Source: an uncultured Clostridia bacterium (GTDB lineage: Bacteria > Bacillota > Clostridia > Christensenellales > Borkfalkiaceae). Taken from it: DNA of 64,000 nt. Under the pieces are notes generated by a model. It ran no database searches, had not been told where the DNA came from, and saw only the letters and a list, made by a program, of their open reading frames with translations. This document shows, piece by piece, positions 1-8,349 of this stretch. Location of the stretch: assembly GCA_937920115.1 (NCBI GenBank), contig CALGVF010000082.1, positions 9,733 to 73,732 on the forward strand. Reading direction: 5' to 3'. A program made the position numbers and the translations under genes. Each line of letters opens with the position of its first letter. Position 1 is the stretch's first letter.

Positions 1-73
1 AAGGTTAATCAGGTTTCAAAATCAAGACGCGCGGTGATTTTTGAAATAATATATAATAAGGAGAAAACAAACT

Positions 74-715
74 ATGGATGGTTCTTCCGGAATTACTCCC
101 GTAATGCCTTTAGGCGGTAATTATTCGGGATTCGGAACGGGCGGCGACGCAATTTGGCTTTTTGCTCTACTCATATTGTTCGGTATGGGCGGCTTTGGCG
201 GCTTTGGAGCAAACAGAGGCGTTTATGACGGCTTTATGACCGACAGACCCGCTACGGCAAACGACGTAACTCAGGCATCGAATTTCGCCGCATTGGAAAG
301 ACAGAACAACGAAGGTGTAGCGGCAACTCGTCAGGTCGGATATGACTTGCAAACGGCAATCAAAGACGCAAACTACAACACGCTCGGCGAACTTCGCGAT
401 TTGGAAGCGGCAGTTGCGGCGGGTAGCGCACAGGCTCAGCAATGTTGTTGCACTACGCTCAGATCGATCGATAACCTGTCCTATCAGGGTGCTATCAACA
501 CTTCGGCTATCAACGCGAACACTACGGCGGGGATTCAAAAAGTTCTCGACGCAATTTCGCAGGACAGAATCGCTCAGATGCAGAGCAAAATTAACCAACT
601 TGAACTTCAGCAGGCAGTTGCAGGCGTCGTAAGATATCCTATGACTTATGCTTACAGCGCGGGTCCCTCTCCGTTCTGTGGAACAGGTTGCGGCTGTAGC
701 GGAGCAAGTTACTAA
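74..715 (+). CDS. Membrane-anchored Gly-rich/Cys-rich coiled-coil protein, function unknown
   Basis: 213-aa ORF. RBS aaggag lies upstream of the ATG. One TM helix (AIWLFALLILFGMGGFGGFG), a helical Ala/Gln-rich middle and a C-terminal CGTGCGCSG. A hairpin terminator follows. Confidence 0.6.
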   Translation: MDGSSGITPVMPLGGNYSGFGTGGDAIWLFALLILFGMGGFGGFGANRGVYDGFMTDRPATANDVTQASNFAALERQNNEGVAATRQVGYDLQTAIKDANYNTLGELRDLEAAVAAGSAQAQQCCCTTLRSIDNLSYQGAINTSAINANTTAGIQKVLDAISQDRIAQMQSKINQLELQQAVAGVVRYPMTYAYSAGPSPFCGTGCGCSGASY

Positions 716-747
716 TATCGGCTGAATTGAGCCACTAACGTCTAAAT

Positions 748-788
748 AAAGGGTAAGTGGCTTGTAATAAGTTGCTTACCCTTTATCA
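748..788 (+). terminator. Rho-independent terminator
   Basis: 10-bp stem AAAGGGTAAG (748-757) / CTTACCCTTT (775-784) followed by TTTAT. Confidence 0.6.
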
Positions 789-805
789 ATAAAAGGAGAA
801 AAAGA

Positions 806-1225
806 ATGAGCAGAAAATCTTATGTAAAAACCGTAAACGCCAACGCGACTTCGGTTTTGGCAAACAGCATAGTGCCTATCGGCGCGACTTTAACTACGGG
901 TTATAATCGTTGCAATATCGAACGCGTAGGCAACAGTGTAGTAATTTACGATCGTTGCCCAAACGGATATAAAATTACTGCGAACGTTACGTTTACCGCG
1001 CCCGTTGCAGGAACCGTTCAACTGTTAATGCAACAGAACGGCGCGACGATAACCGGCGCAACCGCTTCAACCACGGTTACTACCGCGACGACCGAAGTCA
1101 GAAACCTTTCGTTCAGCACGATTATCAAAGCGACGAGCGGTTGTACGAACGACGTAATAACGCTTATAACGGGACCGCTTGCAATCACTACGAGCAACGT
1201 CGAATTTGACGTAGAAAGTCTGTAA
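806..1225 (+). CDS. Beta-rich Thr/Ala-rich protein (possibly a structural or C1q/BclA-CTD-like fold), function unknown
   Basis: 139-aa ORF with RBS aaaaggag. The fold guess rests on composition only. Confidence 0.5.
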   Translation: MSRKSYVKTVNANATSVLANSIVPIGATLTTGYNRCNIERVGNSVVIYDRCPNGYKITANVTFTAPVAGTVQLLMQQNGATITGATASTTVTTATTEVRNLSFSTIIKATSGCTNDVITLITGPLAITTSNVEFDVESL

Positions 1226-1234
1226 GGTGACGAT

Positions 1235-1441
1235 ATGAATTTTGGAGAGCAGTTTTCATTTATAGATATAGTGTCGATTTTATCGTTTTTTATCGGACTT
1301 GAGAATCTCAGTCTGAATAAGGTTCAGGTAAACGACATAATGCAGGAATTGCAAAGTAACCAAAACGGAATGCTCTCCAAAATCATAGAGCAAAACGAGC
1401 AGATTATTCAAATGTTAAAGGAGAAAAACCGTAATGATTGA
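1235..1441 (+). CDS. Small membrane protein (holin-like size/topology, unproven)
   Basis: 68-aa ORF with RBS aaggtga. Has an N-terminal hydrophobic segment (FSFIDIVSILSFFIGL). Confidence 0.45.
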   Translation: MNFGEQFSFIDIVSILSFFIGLENLSLNKVQVNDIMQELQSNQNGMLSKIIEQNEQIIQMLKEKNRND

Positions 1442-2000
1442 AGTATTTAACGAAATAAGCAACAGAATGGTAAAAAGTATGATGTTTTACAGCGAAATGG
1501 CTGACGCTTTCGACTTTCTGTCCTTACACGGCTTAAAACGGATAATGGAAACTATGCACATAGAAACCGTTTGCGCTCGCAGAGGCTTGCATCGTTACGC
1601 TTTGAACCATTTAAACAAACTTATCGACGAGGGAAACATAACGACAGAACATTATATCGATCCGTCGTGGTTCAGTCACGTTCGGGCTGACGTAGATCCG
1701 ACTACTCGAAAAAATTATCTCATAAGCGCAATGTCAAAATGGGTTGCATGGGAAGCCGAAACGAAACGTTATTATGAAGAGCGTTTCAAAAAGTTGACCG
1801 ACAATTCAAAGATTGCGGAAGCGGATAAGATAAACGAACTTATTCTCTGCATTGATAAGGAATTGAAATACTCCACAAGGAAAATGCTCGACTATAAGGG
1901 CGTGAATTACGACGCGTATTACGTAATGTACGACCAAAAAGAACTGCACGAGGAATACGAAAAGCGTTTAAAAGACGAGTTCAAAATCGAAATGTGCTAA
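1434..2000 (+). CDS. Helical protein, weak ferritin-like resemblance, function unknown
   Basis: 188-aa ORF with RBS aaaggag. Its start overlaps the upstream stop. Confidence 0.5.
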   Translation: MIEVFNEISNRMVKSMMFYSEMADAFDFLSLHGLKRIMETMHIETVCARRGLHRYALNHLNKLIDEGNITTEHYIDPSWFSHVRADVDPTTRKNYLISAMSKWVAWEAETKRYYEERFKKLTDNSKIAEADKINELILCIDKELKYSTRKMLDYKGVNYDAYYVMYDQKELHEEYEKRLKDEFKIEMC

Positions 2001-2017
2001 AATTTTTATAAAAAGTC

Positions 2018-2046
2018 TTGACAACTCAACTCAAATGATATATAAT
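2018..2046 (+). promoter_or_regulatory. Sigma-70/SigA-type promoter
   Basis: TTGACA (2018-2023), 17-nt spacer, TATAAT (2041-2046). Confidence 0.65.
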
Positions 2047-2065
2047 TTGCTTGAGGTGTGGTGCT

Positions 2066-2497
2066 ATGACCGAATTTGAAACGTCCCCGAAATTTGTAAC
2101 TCCCGATGATTTTTTCAATTATACGGGCAGAGATTTGCGGGCGATATTAAAACCTAACGATAATATATCGAACAACGCGGAACTGTTTCTGAAAAACATA
2201 GAGGACGATCTGATGTTTCGTGTGGATAAACTATCTTTCAGGCTTTATCCGTGGGACGATTTGTGTCAGTATCAACTTGACTGTATGAAACGCGCCGTAA
2301 TAAAGCAAGCGGAATATGTCTTAAGAAACAGCGACATTATGACCGATTCGGGTTACGACATAGAAAAAGGCAGGATAATTTCCCGTGCCGAACTCGAAGA
2401 GATCGCATTGTGTCCCGCCGCGATAGACGCGCTCAATGCGTGCGGACTTTTGAACCACGTTATTCGTAACCATCCGAGATTCCCTCGCACGATTTAA
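2066..2497 (+). CDS. Hypothetical protein
   Basis: 143-aa ORF from the ATG at 2066 (RBS gaggtg). The ORF-track start at 2051 is TTG. Confidence 0.55.
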   Translation: MTEFETSPKFVTPDDFFNYTGRDLRAILKPNDNISNNAELFLKNIEDDLMFRVDKLSFRLYPWDDLCQYQLDCMKRAVIKQAEYVLRNSDIMTDSGYDIEKGRIISRAELEEIALCPAAIDALNACGLLNHVIRNHPRFPRTI

Positions 2498-2515
2498 AAA
2501 AATTAAAATATTTTT

Positions 2516-2552
2516 AAAATATTGTCAACAAACGCTTGACAATATTTTTTTT
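2516..2552 (+). terminator. Palindrome (13-bp arms) acting as a terminator hairpin; its right arm carries the next -35 box
   Basis: AAAATATTGTCAA (2516-2528) / TTGACAATATTTT (2536-2548) with a 7-nt loop and a T-run. Identical arms recur at 12122-12154. Confidence 0.55.
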
Positions 2553-2564
2553 ATGTGTTAAAAT
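2536..2564 (+). promoter_or_regulatory. Promoter with extended -10
   Basis: TTGACA (2536-2541), 17-nt spacer, TGtTAAAAT (2556-2564). Confidence 0.6.
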
Positions 2565-2589
2565 CCAATCACAAGGCAGGTGAAAAGGA

Positions 2590-2877
2590 ATGTTGAACAT
2601 TAGAAAACTCAGAGGGAAAACCGGAATGTCACAACAAGAAGTGGCTGACATACTCGGGGTTTCGCGGTCCTCGGTAATGTTTTGGGAAAGTCCGATATGT
2701 AAAAATTTATCGGCGAGCGTGCAAAGTAAACTGTGTAAATTATTTAAATGTACAGCGATAGATTTGTACGGTATGGATAATCTGAAAGTTCAGCCGACCT
2801 CGAACGAAGAAAGGCAGAGAATGATAGATTATATCCTTGCAACAATGGAGAATGAAAATGGCGACGGTAAAGAATGA
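2590..2877 (+). CDS. XRE-family helix-turn-helix transcriptional regulator
   Basis: The N-terminus LRGKTGMSQQEVADILGVSRSSVMFWES is a classic Cro/C1-type HTH. RBS is present. Confidence 0.8.
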   Translation: MLNIRKLRGKTGMSQQEVADILGVSRSSVMFWESPICKNLSASVQSKLCKLFKCTAIDLYGMDNLKVQPTSNEERQRMIDYILATMENENGDGKE

Positions 2878-3205
2878 AATCAAAGAAATTAAAGCAATTT
2901 TAAAAGAACTCGACCAAAATTCCGCGCATAAAGCGAAACTGTACGAGAAGTTAAAGGAACAAATAGGGACTATAAAGATAGGCGTGTCGAAAGTCAACGT
3001 GTTCTTTGATTCGGCGAACGGGAACTTCGGCGTGAAAGTCGAGTATATAGTCCCGACTGAAACAATTTATGTAACTAACGAGGGCGAAGTACTTGCAAGC
3101 GACAGATTTAAAAACATAAACGCGCTCGACCTTGTTTCGTTCGCGGATATGGAAAAGATACAGTCGGCGATTAATACGGCATTAAAAAAGACAAATAATA
3201 AATAA
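2858..3205 (+). CDS. Hypothetical protein
   Basis: 115-aa ORF from the ATG at 2858 (RBS ggaga). Overlaps the upstream gene end. Confidence 0.5.
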   Translation: MATVKNEIKEIKAILKELDQNSAHKAKLYEKLKEQIGTIKIGVSKVNVFFDSANGNFGVKVEYIVPTETIYVTNEGEVLASDRFKNINALDLVSFADMEKIQSAINTALKKTNNK

Positions 3206-3255
3206 AGTGTGGAAATAGAATATGCTGTCAAAAAATTTTTTAAAGGAGAAAATTA

Positions 3256-3477
3256 ATGACGGCGAAAAGTAAATTCGGAGAGGAGTTCAAGAGGCTCGTT
3301 ATCGAAAAGGGTTTAACACTTAAGGAATTATCGGAGCGTTCGGGATTGTCTGTGGCGCAGTTATCGAATCTGCAGTCAGGACAATGCGAACCTACGGTGC
3401 AGACGATATATAAATTGTCCGAAGCATTAAATTCCGATTACGATAAATTATTCGATGCCTCGACAGAAAAAAGATGA
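3256..3477 (+). CDS. XRE-family helix-turn-helix protein
   Basis: HTH motif GLTLKELSERSGLSVAQLSNLQSG. RBS aaaggag. Confidence 0.8.
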   Translation: MTAKSKFGEEFKRLVIEKGLTLKELSERSGLSVAQLSNLQSGQCEPTVQTIYKLSEALNSDYDKLFDASTEKR

Positions 3478-4313
3478 TCGATAAAAATTTAACGAAAGAG
3501 AATTACAGATATAATCATTATTATCTATCTTATTCTCGATTTTCAAAGTTTTTGGAATGCGAGGCGGCGGCGTTTTCGGATTATCAGACCGAGGCTTCTA
3601 TTGCGTTCCTTGTAAGCTCGTATGTGGACGCTTATTTCAGTGGCGAATCCGAGCAGTTCGAGCAGGAACATCCCGAAATGTTTAATAGCAGAACGGGCGA
3701 ATTGAAAAAGGACTTTGCTCGAGCAAACGACATTATTCAAAGGGTAATACAAGACCCTACGCTTGTACATTTTATGAGCGGCGAAAAGCAGGCTATAATG
3801 TCGGGTGAAATCTGCGGAGTGCCTTTTAAAATCAAAATGGACTCGTACCTCAAAGACGAGGCGATAGTCGATTTGAAGATTATGAAAGACTTCGGGAAAG
3901 TTTGGTCGGACGCGTACAGAGCGTATGTGAATTTTGTAGAGGCTTACGACTACGATATCGAACTTGCGATATTTCAAGAAATCGTTAGACAGAATACGGG
4001 CAAAACGTTGTCTTGCTATTTGGTCTGTGCAACAAAAGAAACACCGCCCGATATAGGCTTGTTTGAAATTCCACAAGAGAAGTTAGACAAGGCTTTAGAA
4101 ACGGTTAAGAACAATTTGCCGAGGTATTTACAGATACGGCAAGGAAAAGTCGCGCCGCATCGTTGCGAAAAATGCGCATATTGCAGAGCAACGAAAAAGG
4201 CAAGATTGATAAGTTACGAATATGCCGGAATGAGCGGAGATGAACTTCGCGAAGAGGGTATAGAATGTAACGACGAAAAGGTTAATCCCGAAGAATATTC
4301 GGATAAAAAATAA
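3474..4313 (+). CDS. PD-(D/E)XK (Cas4/RecB-like) exonuclease with Cys cluster
   Basis: D...DLK core (IVDLKIMKD). One N-terminal Cys (FLECE) plus a C-terminal CEKCAYC, as in Cas4/DUF2800-type Fe-S nucleases. Confidence 0.7.
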   Translation: MIDKNLTKENYRYNHYYLSYSRFSKFLECEAAAFSDYQTEASIAFLVSSYVDAYFSGESEQFEQEHPEMFNSRTGELKKDFARANDIIQRVIQDPTLVHFMSGEKQAIMSGEICGVPFKIKMDSYLKDEAIVDLKIMKDFGKVWSDAYRAYVNFVEAYDYDIELAIFQEIVRQNTGKTLSCYLVCATKETPPDIGLFEIPQEKLDKALETVKNNLPRYLQIRQGKVAPHRCEKCAYCRATKKARLISYEYAGMSGDELREEGIECNDEKVNPEEYSDKK

Positions 4314-4327
4314 CAGGAGGGCAATTT

Positions 4328-4837
4328 ATGCATTGGAAAAATTTAGCAAACTATGATTATCTTGGGGCGTATTCGCTCGAGGGTAAAGCAGACGAAGTTG
4401 TTCTTACTATTAAGGACATCAAGCGTCAACTCGTAACAGCCGAGGGCGGGAAAAGCGAAAACTGCATTGTGGCAAGTTTTGAGGAAACGAACGTAGACGG
4501 CGTAGAAGTGAAACCTATGGTTCTGAACAAAACGAATTGCAAGACCATAGAAAAGATTTACAAGACGGGCGAAATCGAGAACTGGATCGGCAAAAGAATT
4601 AAAGTTTTTGCGACCACAACGAAATTTGCTCGCGACATCGTACCTTGCTTAAGAATCAAAGCAGAAGTACCTGCGGCAGAGGTGTATGCTTGCGAAGTAT
4701 GCGGAACGGTTATGGATAAAAAGACCTATTTTGCAACGAAGAAAGCATACGGCGCGGGCGTGTGTTCGGCTGATTGCAAGGCGAAATATTTAAGCGAAAA
4801 AAGCAACGAAGAAAATAAAGAAACTAAAGGAGAATAA
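4328..4837 (+). CDS. Phage protein with C-terminal zinc ribbon, function unknown
   Basis: 169-aa ORF with RBS aggagg. Contains the conserved-looking motif VLNKTNCKTIEKIY..W.GK and a CEVCG...CSADC motif. Confidence 0.55.
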   Translation: MHWKNLANYDYLGAYSLEGKADEVVLTIKDIKRQLVTAEGGKSENCIVASFEETNVDGVEVKPMVLNKTNCKTIEKIYKTGEIENWIGKRIKVFATTTKFARDIVPCLRIKAEVPAAEVYACEVCGTVMDKKTYFATKKAYGAGVCSADCKAKYLSEKSNEENKETKGE

Positions 4838-4843
4838 TCAAAT

Positions 4844-5308
4844 ATGTTGCATTTTGACGGAAAAGTAGAAAACAGAGAATACGAACTTATCACAGACGGC
4901 GATTACGAGGTAACACTCGAAGCGGAATGGTCGAAAACGAAAAGCGGCGATCAGTATATAAACTGCAAGTTCACGATTCGTAAAGACGTAGACCAAAAAT
5001 TCGGCGGTAGAATTATTTTCGACGGTATTTACAAAAACAAAACCACAGGCGAATATAATTCCTCGAAGATAAACGGAATACTCAATGCAATTCCTGCGGC
5101 AAAGCAAGACTTTGAAGATTACGACGATCTTATTCAGTACATTAACGGACAGAATATGATTATTTCGATCGTAACGCAAGAGGCGCAAGGCGATTACCCG
5201 GCAAAGAGTGTTGTGGATTATCTTTCTTACAGAATGTCCGAAAACATTCCGCAGGGAACGAAAGACGCAACTTCCGAAGAAATCGACGTAAATTCTCTTC
5301 CTTTCTAA
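4844..5308 (+). CDS. DUF669-like single-stranded DNA-binding protein
   Basis: 154-aa ORF with an acidic C-terminal tail ending in SLPF, like the bacterial SSB tip DDDIPF. Sits in the replication module. Confidence 0.55.
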   Translation: MLHFDGKVENREYELITDGDYEVTLEAEWSKTKSGDQYINCKFTIRKDVDQKFGGRIIFDGIYKNKTTGEYNSSKINGILNAIPAAKQDFEDYDDLIQYINGQNMIISIVTQEAQGDYPAKSVVDYLSYRMSENIPQGTKDATSEEIDVNSLPF

Positions 5309-5320
5309 TTTAAAACAATC

Positions 5321-5350
5321 AAGCCCATGACAAATGGTTGTGGGCTTTTA
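5321..5350 (+). terminator. Rho-independent terminator
   Basis: AAGCCCA (5321-5327) / TGGGCTT (5341-5347) followed by TTTTA. Confidence 0.65.
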
Positions 5351-5351
5351 T

Positions 5352-5430
5352 AGGCGGCGAGAGAGGGTTTCCACAACACACAGCATATTCCCCTCGGCTC
5401 AATACGGTTCAATTCCGTAGCCGCCTTCCA
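5352..5430 (+). other. Degenerate tRNA-like element
   Basis: Acceptor pairing AGGCGGC (5352-58) / GCCGCCT (5420-26). T-arm TACGG-TTCAATT-CCGTA (5403-19). Discriminator plus CCA (5427-30). The central 42 nt do not fold into D and anticodon arms. Confidence 0.35.
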
Positions 5431-5452
5431 AAAAAAATTTGGTGAGCGAATT

Positions 5453-7945
5453 ATGGACTTATTTGCATTACAAGAAAAATATAAAAGCGTTCCGAATGAA
5501 CTGAAAATACTTAAGCGTTGGATTTGTTTTAAAGTTGAGGGGAGAGAGGACGGAAAGACAACAAAACGCCCGTATAATGCGTTAAACGGTAAATTTGCAA
5601 GGGTTAATGACGATTTGACATGGAGCAACTTTAATATAGCGTTAAACGGTTGTATTAAATATCATTGTGATGGATTAGGCTTTGTTCTTGGTAACGGTAT
5701 ATTTGGGATCGATCTCGATAATCACGCGGATAAAGACGGAAACATTGCAATGAACGACGAAGAGTTTAAAACCTTTTCCGAGCAGTTTATTTCCGCGCTC
5801 GATTCGTATACCGAATATTCGCAGAGCGGGAAAGGTGTACATATAATCTGCTCGGGGACATTGCCTGAGGGTAGTCGTAGAAAAGGTTGTGTCGAAATGT
5901 ACGATTCGGGACGGTTTTTCGCGTTTACGGGTAACGTTATCCGAAACACTACAATTAATGTTCGAACAGAACAGGTAAAACCTTTATGGGAAAAGTTTGT
6001 TCAATCGGAATATCAAGCAAATCGTCCTGCGATACAGCCTCGTCAGCCGAATCCTAACGCATTAATGTTGTCCGACGACGAAATAATCAAAGCCGCATAT
6101 GCGAGTAAAAACGGCGAAAAGTTTTACGCATATTATCACGACGGCGATATCTCTATGGATAACAACGATCAAAGCGCGGCAGATATGTCGTTCTGCAATC
6201 TTTTGGCGTGGTGGTGCAACTCCGACAAGGCTCAAATGGATAGAATATTCCGTAGTTCGGCTTTAATGCGCGATAAATGGGACCAATACAGAGGAAGTCA
6301 GACTTATGGCGAAATAACGCTTACAAAGGCGATTGCGGACTGCGTTGGCGGATATGCTTGCGACAGATCGTTTGCAAATGGTGACACTAAAGGATTAACA
6401 CCGCAAAGGAATTATACGATACGTAATGAGGTTGCGTCTGCGACTAAAGATAACGGAATGAACCTTAATGCGGACGGCGAGCCTATATTCAGGATTAAAA
6501 AGATTTTCAGACATTACGCATTAACCGATACGGGAAACGCCGAAAGGTTTTATGATTATTTCGGAGATTGCTTTAAGTATAACACGACCGATGAATGTTT
6601 TATGTTTTGGACAGGCAAAACATGGATAAAAGACAACGGAGATATTATTATTCGTAAGTATGCGGATAAAATGATTTCGATATTGCAATCGGAAGAGGAT
6701 GAGGTCGCAGGTCAGATAGAAGAAGCCAAAAGACAAGGCGAAAACGAAAAAGCGGCACAATACACTGTATTACTTGCCGAAATGATAAAAAATAAGAAGA
6801 AAATCTCAAACAAATCGGGAAAGGATTCAATGCTTTCCGAATTGCGACACATAAAGAAAATGGCTGTCGAGAATTCGATTTTTGACCAAGACCTTTATTT
6901 GCTTAATACGGATTCGGGCATTGTGGATTTACGGACAGGCGAAATAAAGCCGTTCGATAAAGAATTCTATATGTCGAAAAATACGAATACGGAAGTTTCG
7001 TTTGAAGAACCTACGGAATGGCTTAAATTCATTCGTAGCATATTCGATAGCGGTAATTTTATTGAAACAAATGAGATTGTAGATTCTATTCAGACGTTTT
7101 TAGGCTATTCATTGTCAGGCTCGACAAAAGAGCAGGTAATGTTTATGCTTTACGGCGACGGCTCAAACGGTAAATCGACTTTAACAGAGCAAATCGCAAA
7201 AATTTTAGGCGATTATGCGACAAGTATTCCGAGTAGCGTTTTAATGTCGCAAAAGAACGGGAATTCGGTTGCGGTTGAATATTCTTTGGCAAGACTTCGC
7301 GGCGTAAGATTTGTTGCTACCGGCGAAACGGACGAGGGCGCGAAGTTTGCAGAATCGCAAGTCAAGATCATAACGGGTAGCGATAAAATACAGGCTCAGT
7401 TCAAATACGGTCAGCCGTTTACTTATTATCCACACTATAAGATATGGATGTCGACAAATAACTTGCCGAACATAAAGGGTACGGATAACGGTATTTGGCG
7501 TAGATTAGAAACTGTTCCGTTTTTGCGGACTTTTACCGATAAAGAAAAAGACAAATTTTTGCCCGAAAAACTCGAAAAGGAAAGCGCGAAGATTCTCGGT
7601 TGGTGTATACAAGGCTTTATGAAATACTGGCAATTAGGCAACTTTATTCGTTGTCCGAGATTGCAGGAACTTAAAGACAGATATAAATATAAAATGGATA
7701 TGGTCGAGCAGTTCCTTGTCAATGAATGTACGTATGCGACAAACGCAAAAGTCGAGTGCAGAGAATTATATTCGCATTTCAAATCGTGGTTTAAGAATAA
7801 CACAGAATACGAAATGCGCGAAAGTATGTTCCGCGACAGACTTACCAAAAAAGGCATTAAGATTCAGTCGATGTCGAACGGTGTTCGTGTGTACGTCGGT
7901 ATAAGACTTAACGGCGCAAACATAGGGGGACACGACATATGGTAA
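5453..7945 (+). CDS. Bifunctional primase-polymerase / D5-P4-type replicative helicase
   Basis: 830 aa. N-terminal prim-pol-like region (GFVLGNGIFGIDLDNH). C-terminal SF3 NTPase with Walker A GDGSNGKST and Walker B-like RFVATGETDE. Confidence 0.88.
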   Translation: MDLFALQEKYKSVPNELKILKRWICFKVEGREDGKTTKRPYNALNGKFARVNDDLTWSNFNIALNGCIKYHCDGLGFVLGNGIFGIDLDNHADKDGNIAMNDEEFKTFSEQFISALDSYTEYSQSGKGVHIICSGTLPEGSRRKGCVEMYDSGRFFAFTGNVIRNTTINVRTEQVKPLWEKFVQSEYQANRPAIQPRQPNPNALMLSDDEIIKAAYASKNGEKFYAYYHDGDISMDNNDQSAADMSFCNLLAWWCNSDKAQMDRIFRSSALMRDKWDQYRGSQTYGEITLTKAIADCVGGYACDRSFANGDTKGLTPQRNYTIRNEVASATKDNGMNLNADGEPIFRIKKIFRHYALTDTGNAERFYDYFGDCFKYNTTDECFMFWTGKTWIKDNGDIIIRKYADKMISILQSEEDEVAGQIEEAKRQGENEKAAQYTVLLAEMIKNKKKISNKSGKDSMLSELRHIKKMAVENSIFDQDLYLLNTDSGIVDLRTGEIKPFDKEFYMSKNTNTEVSFEEPTEWLKFIRSIFDSGNFIETNEIVDSIQTFLGYSLSGSTKEQVMFMLYGDGSNGKSTLTEQIAKILGDYATSIPSSVLMSQKNGNSVAVEYSLARLRGVRFVATGETDEGAKFAESQVKIITGSDKIQAQFKYGQPFTYYPHYKIWMSTNNLPNIKGTDNGIWRRLETVPFLRTFTDKEKDKFLPEKLEKESAKILGWCIQGFMKYWQLGNFIRCPRLQELKDRYKYKMDMVEQFLVNECTYATNAKVECRELYSHFKSWFKNNTEYEMRESMFRDRLTKKGIKIQSMSNGVRVYVGIRLNGANIGGHDIW

Positions 7946-8349
7946 AATCAAAACAACTACAAGTCGGAAACGCAACCGAAGAACGACTTGCCCGATATTT
8001 TCAGAGTATGGGCTTTTGGGTCTATATTCTTCCAAAGAAAATCGGCGGGCAACCGTTTGATATCATTGCAGGACGAAACAGAGAGGCGTGGTTTATAGAC
8101 GCAAAGCACTTAGAAGCGAGCGAAGCGTCGTTTGATTTTAAACGAATCGAGCCGAATCAGATAACTTCTATGAAAATGGCTACAGAATTCGCAAACTTAG
8201 CCAACGTCGGATTTTTTATCTACTGGGAAAGAAAGCCCGACGGATTCTTTTTTATGCCGTATAGGCTCTATAAAGCCTTAGAAAAAATCGGCAGAAAATC
8301 AGTGGAAATTGAGGAACTTGTATGGAAACCAATATTGGAAGTGAAATAG
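7939..8349 (+). CDS. Hjc-like Holliday-junction resolvase (PD-(D/E)XK)
   Basis: Motifs E(14)...FDIIAG...FIDAKH with the spacing typical of archaeal-type Hjc. ATG overlaps the primase stop. Confidence 0.6.
   Translation: MVKSKQLQVGNATEERLARYFQSMGFWVYILPKKIGGQPFDIIAGRNREAWFIDAKHLEASEASFDFKRIEPNQITSMKMATEFANLANVGFFIYWERKPDGFFFMPYRLYKALEKIGRKSVEIEELVWKPILEVK

Noticed and set aside
1434-2000. Calling the 188-aa protein a second ferritin/Dps-like protein
   Set aside because: It only vaguely resembles a ferritin helix pattern (Y.EMA..FD...L.G). The canonical E/ExxH ligands are not recognisable. I left it as hypothetical.
5305-5628. 107-aa minus-strand ORF across the terminator, the tRNA-like element and the primase start
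   Set aside because: It overlaps a terminator hairpin and the start of a strongly supported gene, and it has no RBS.
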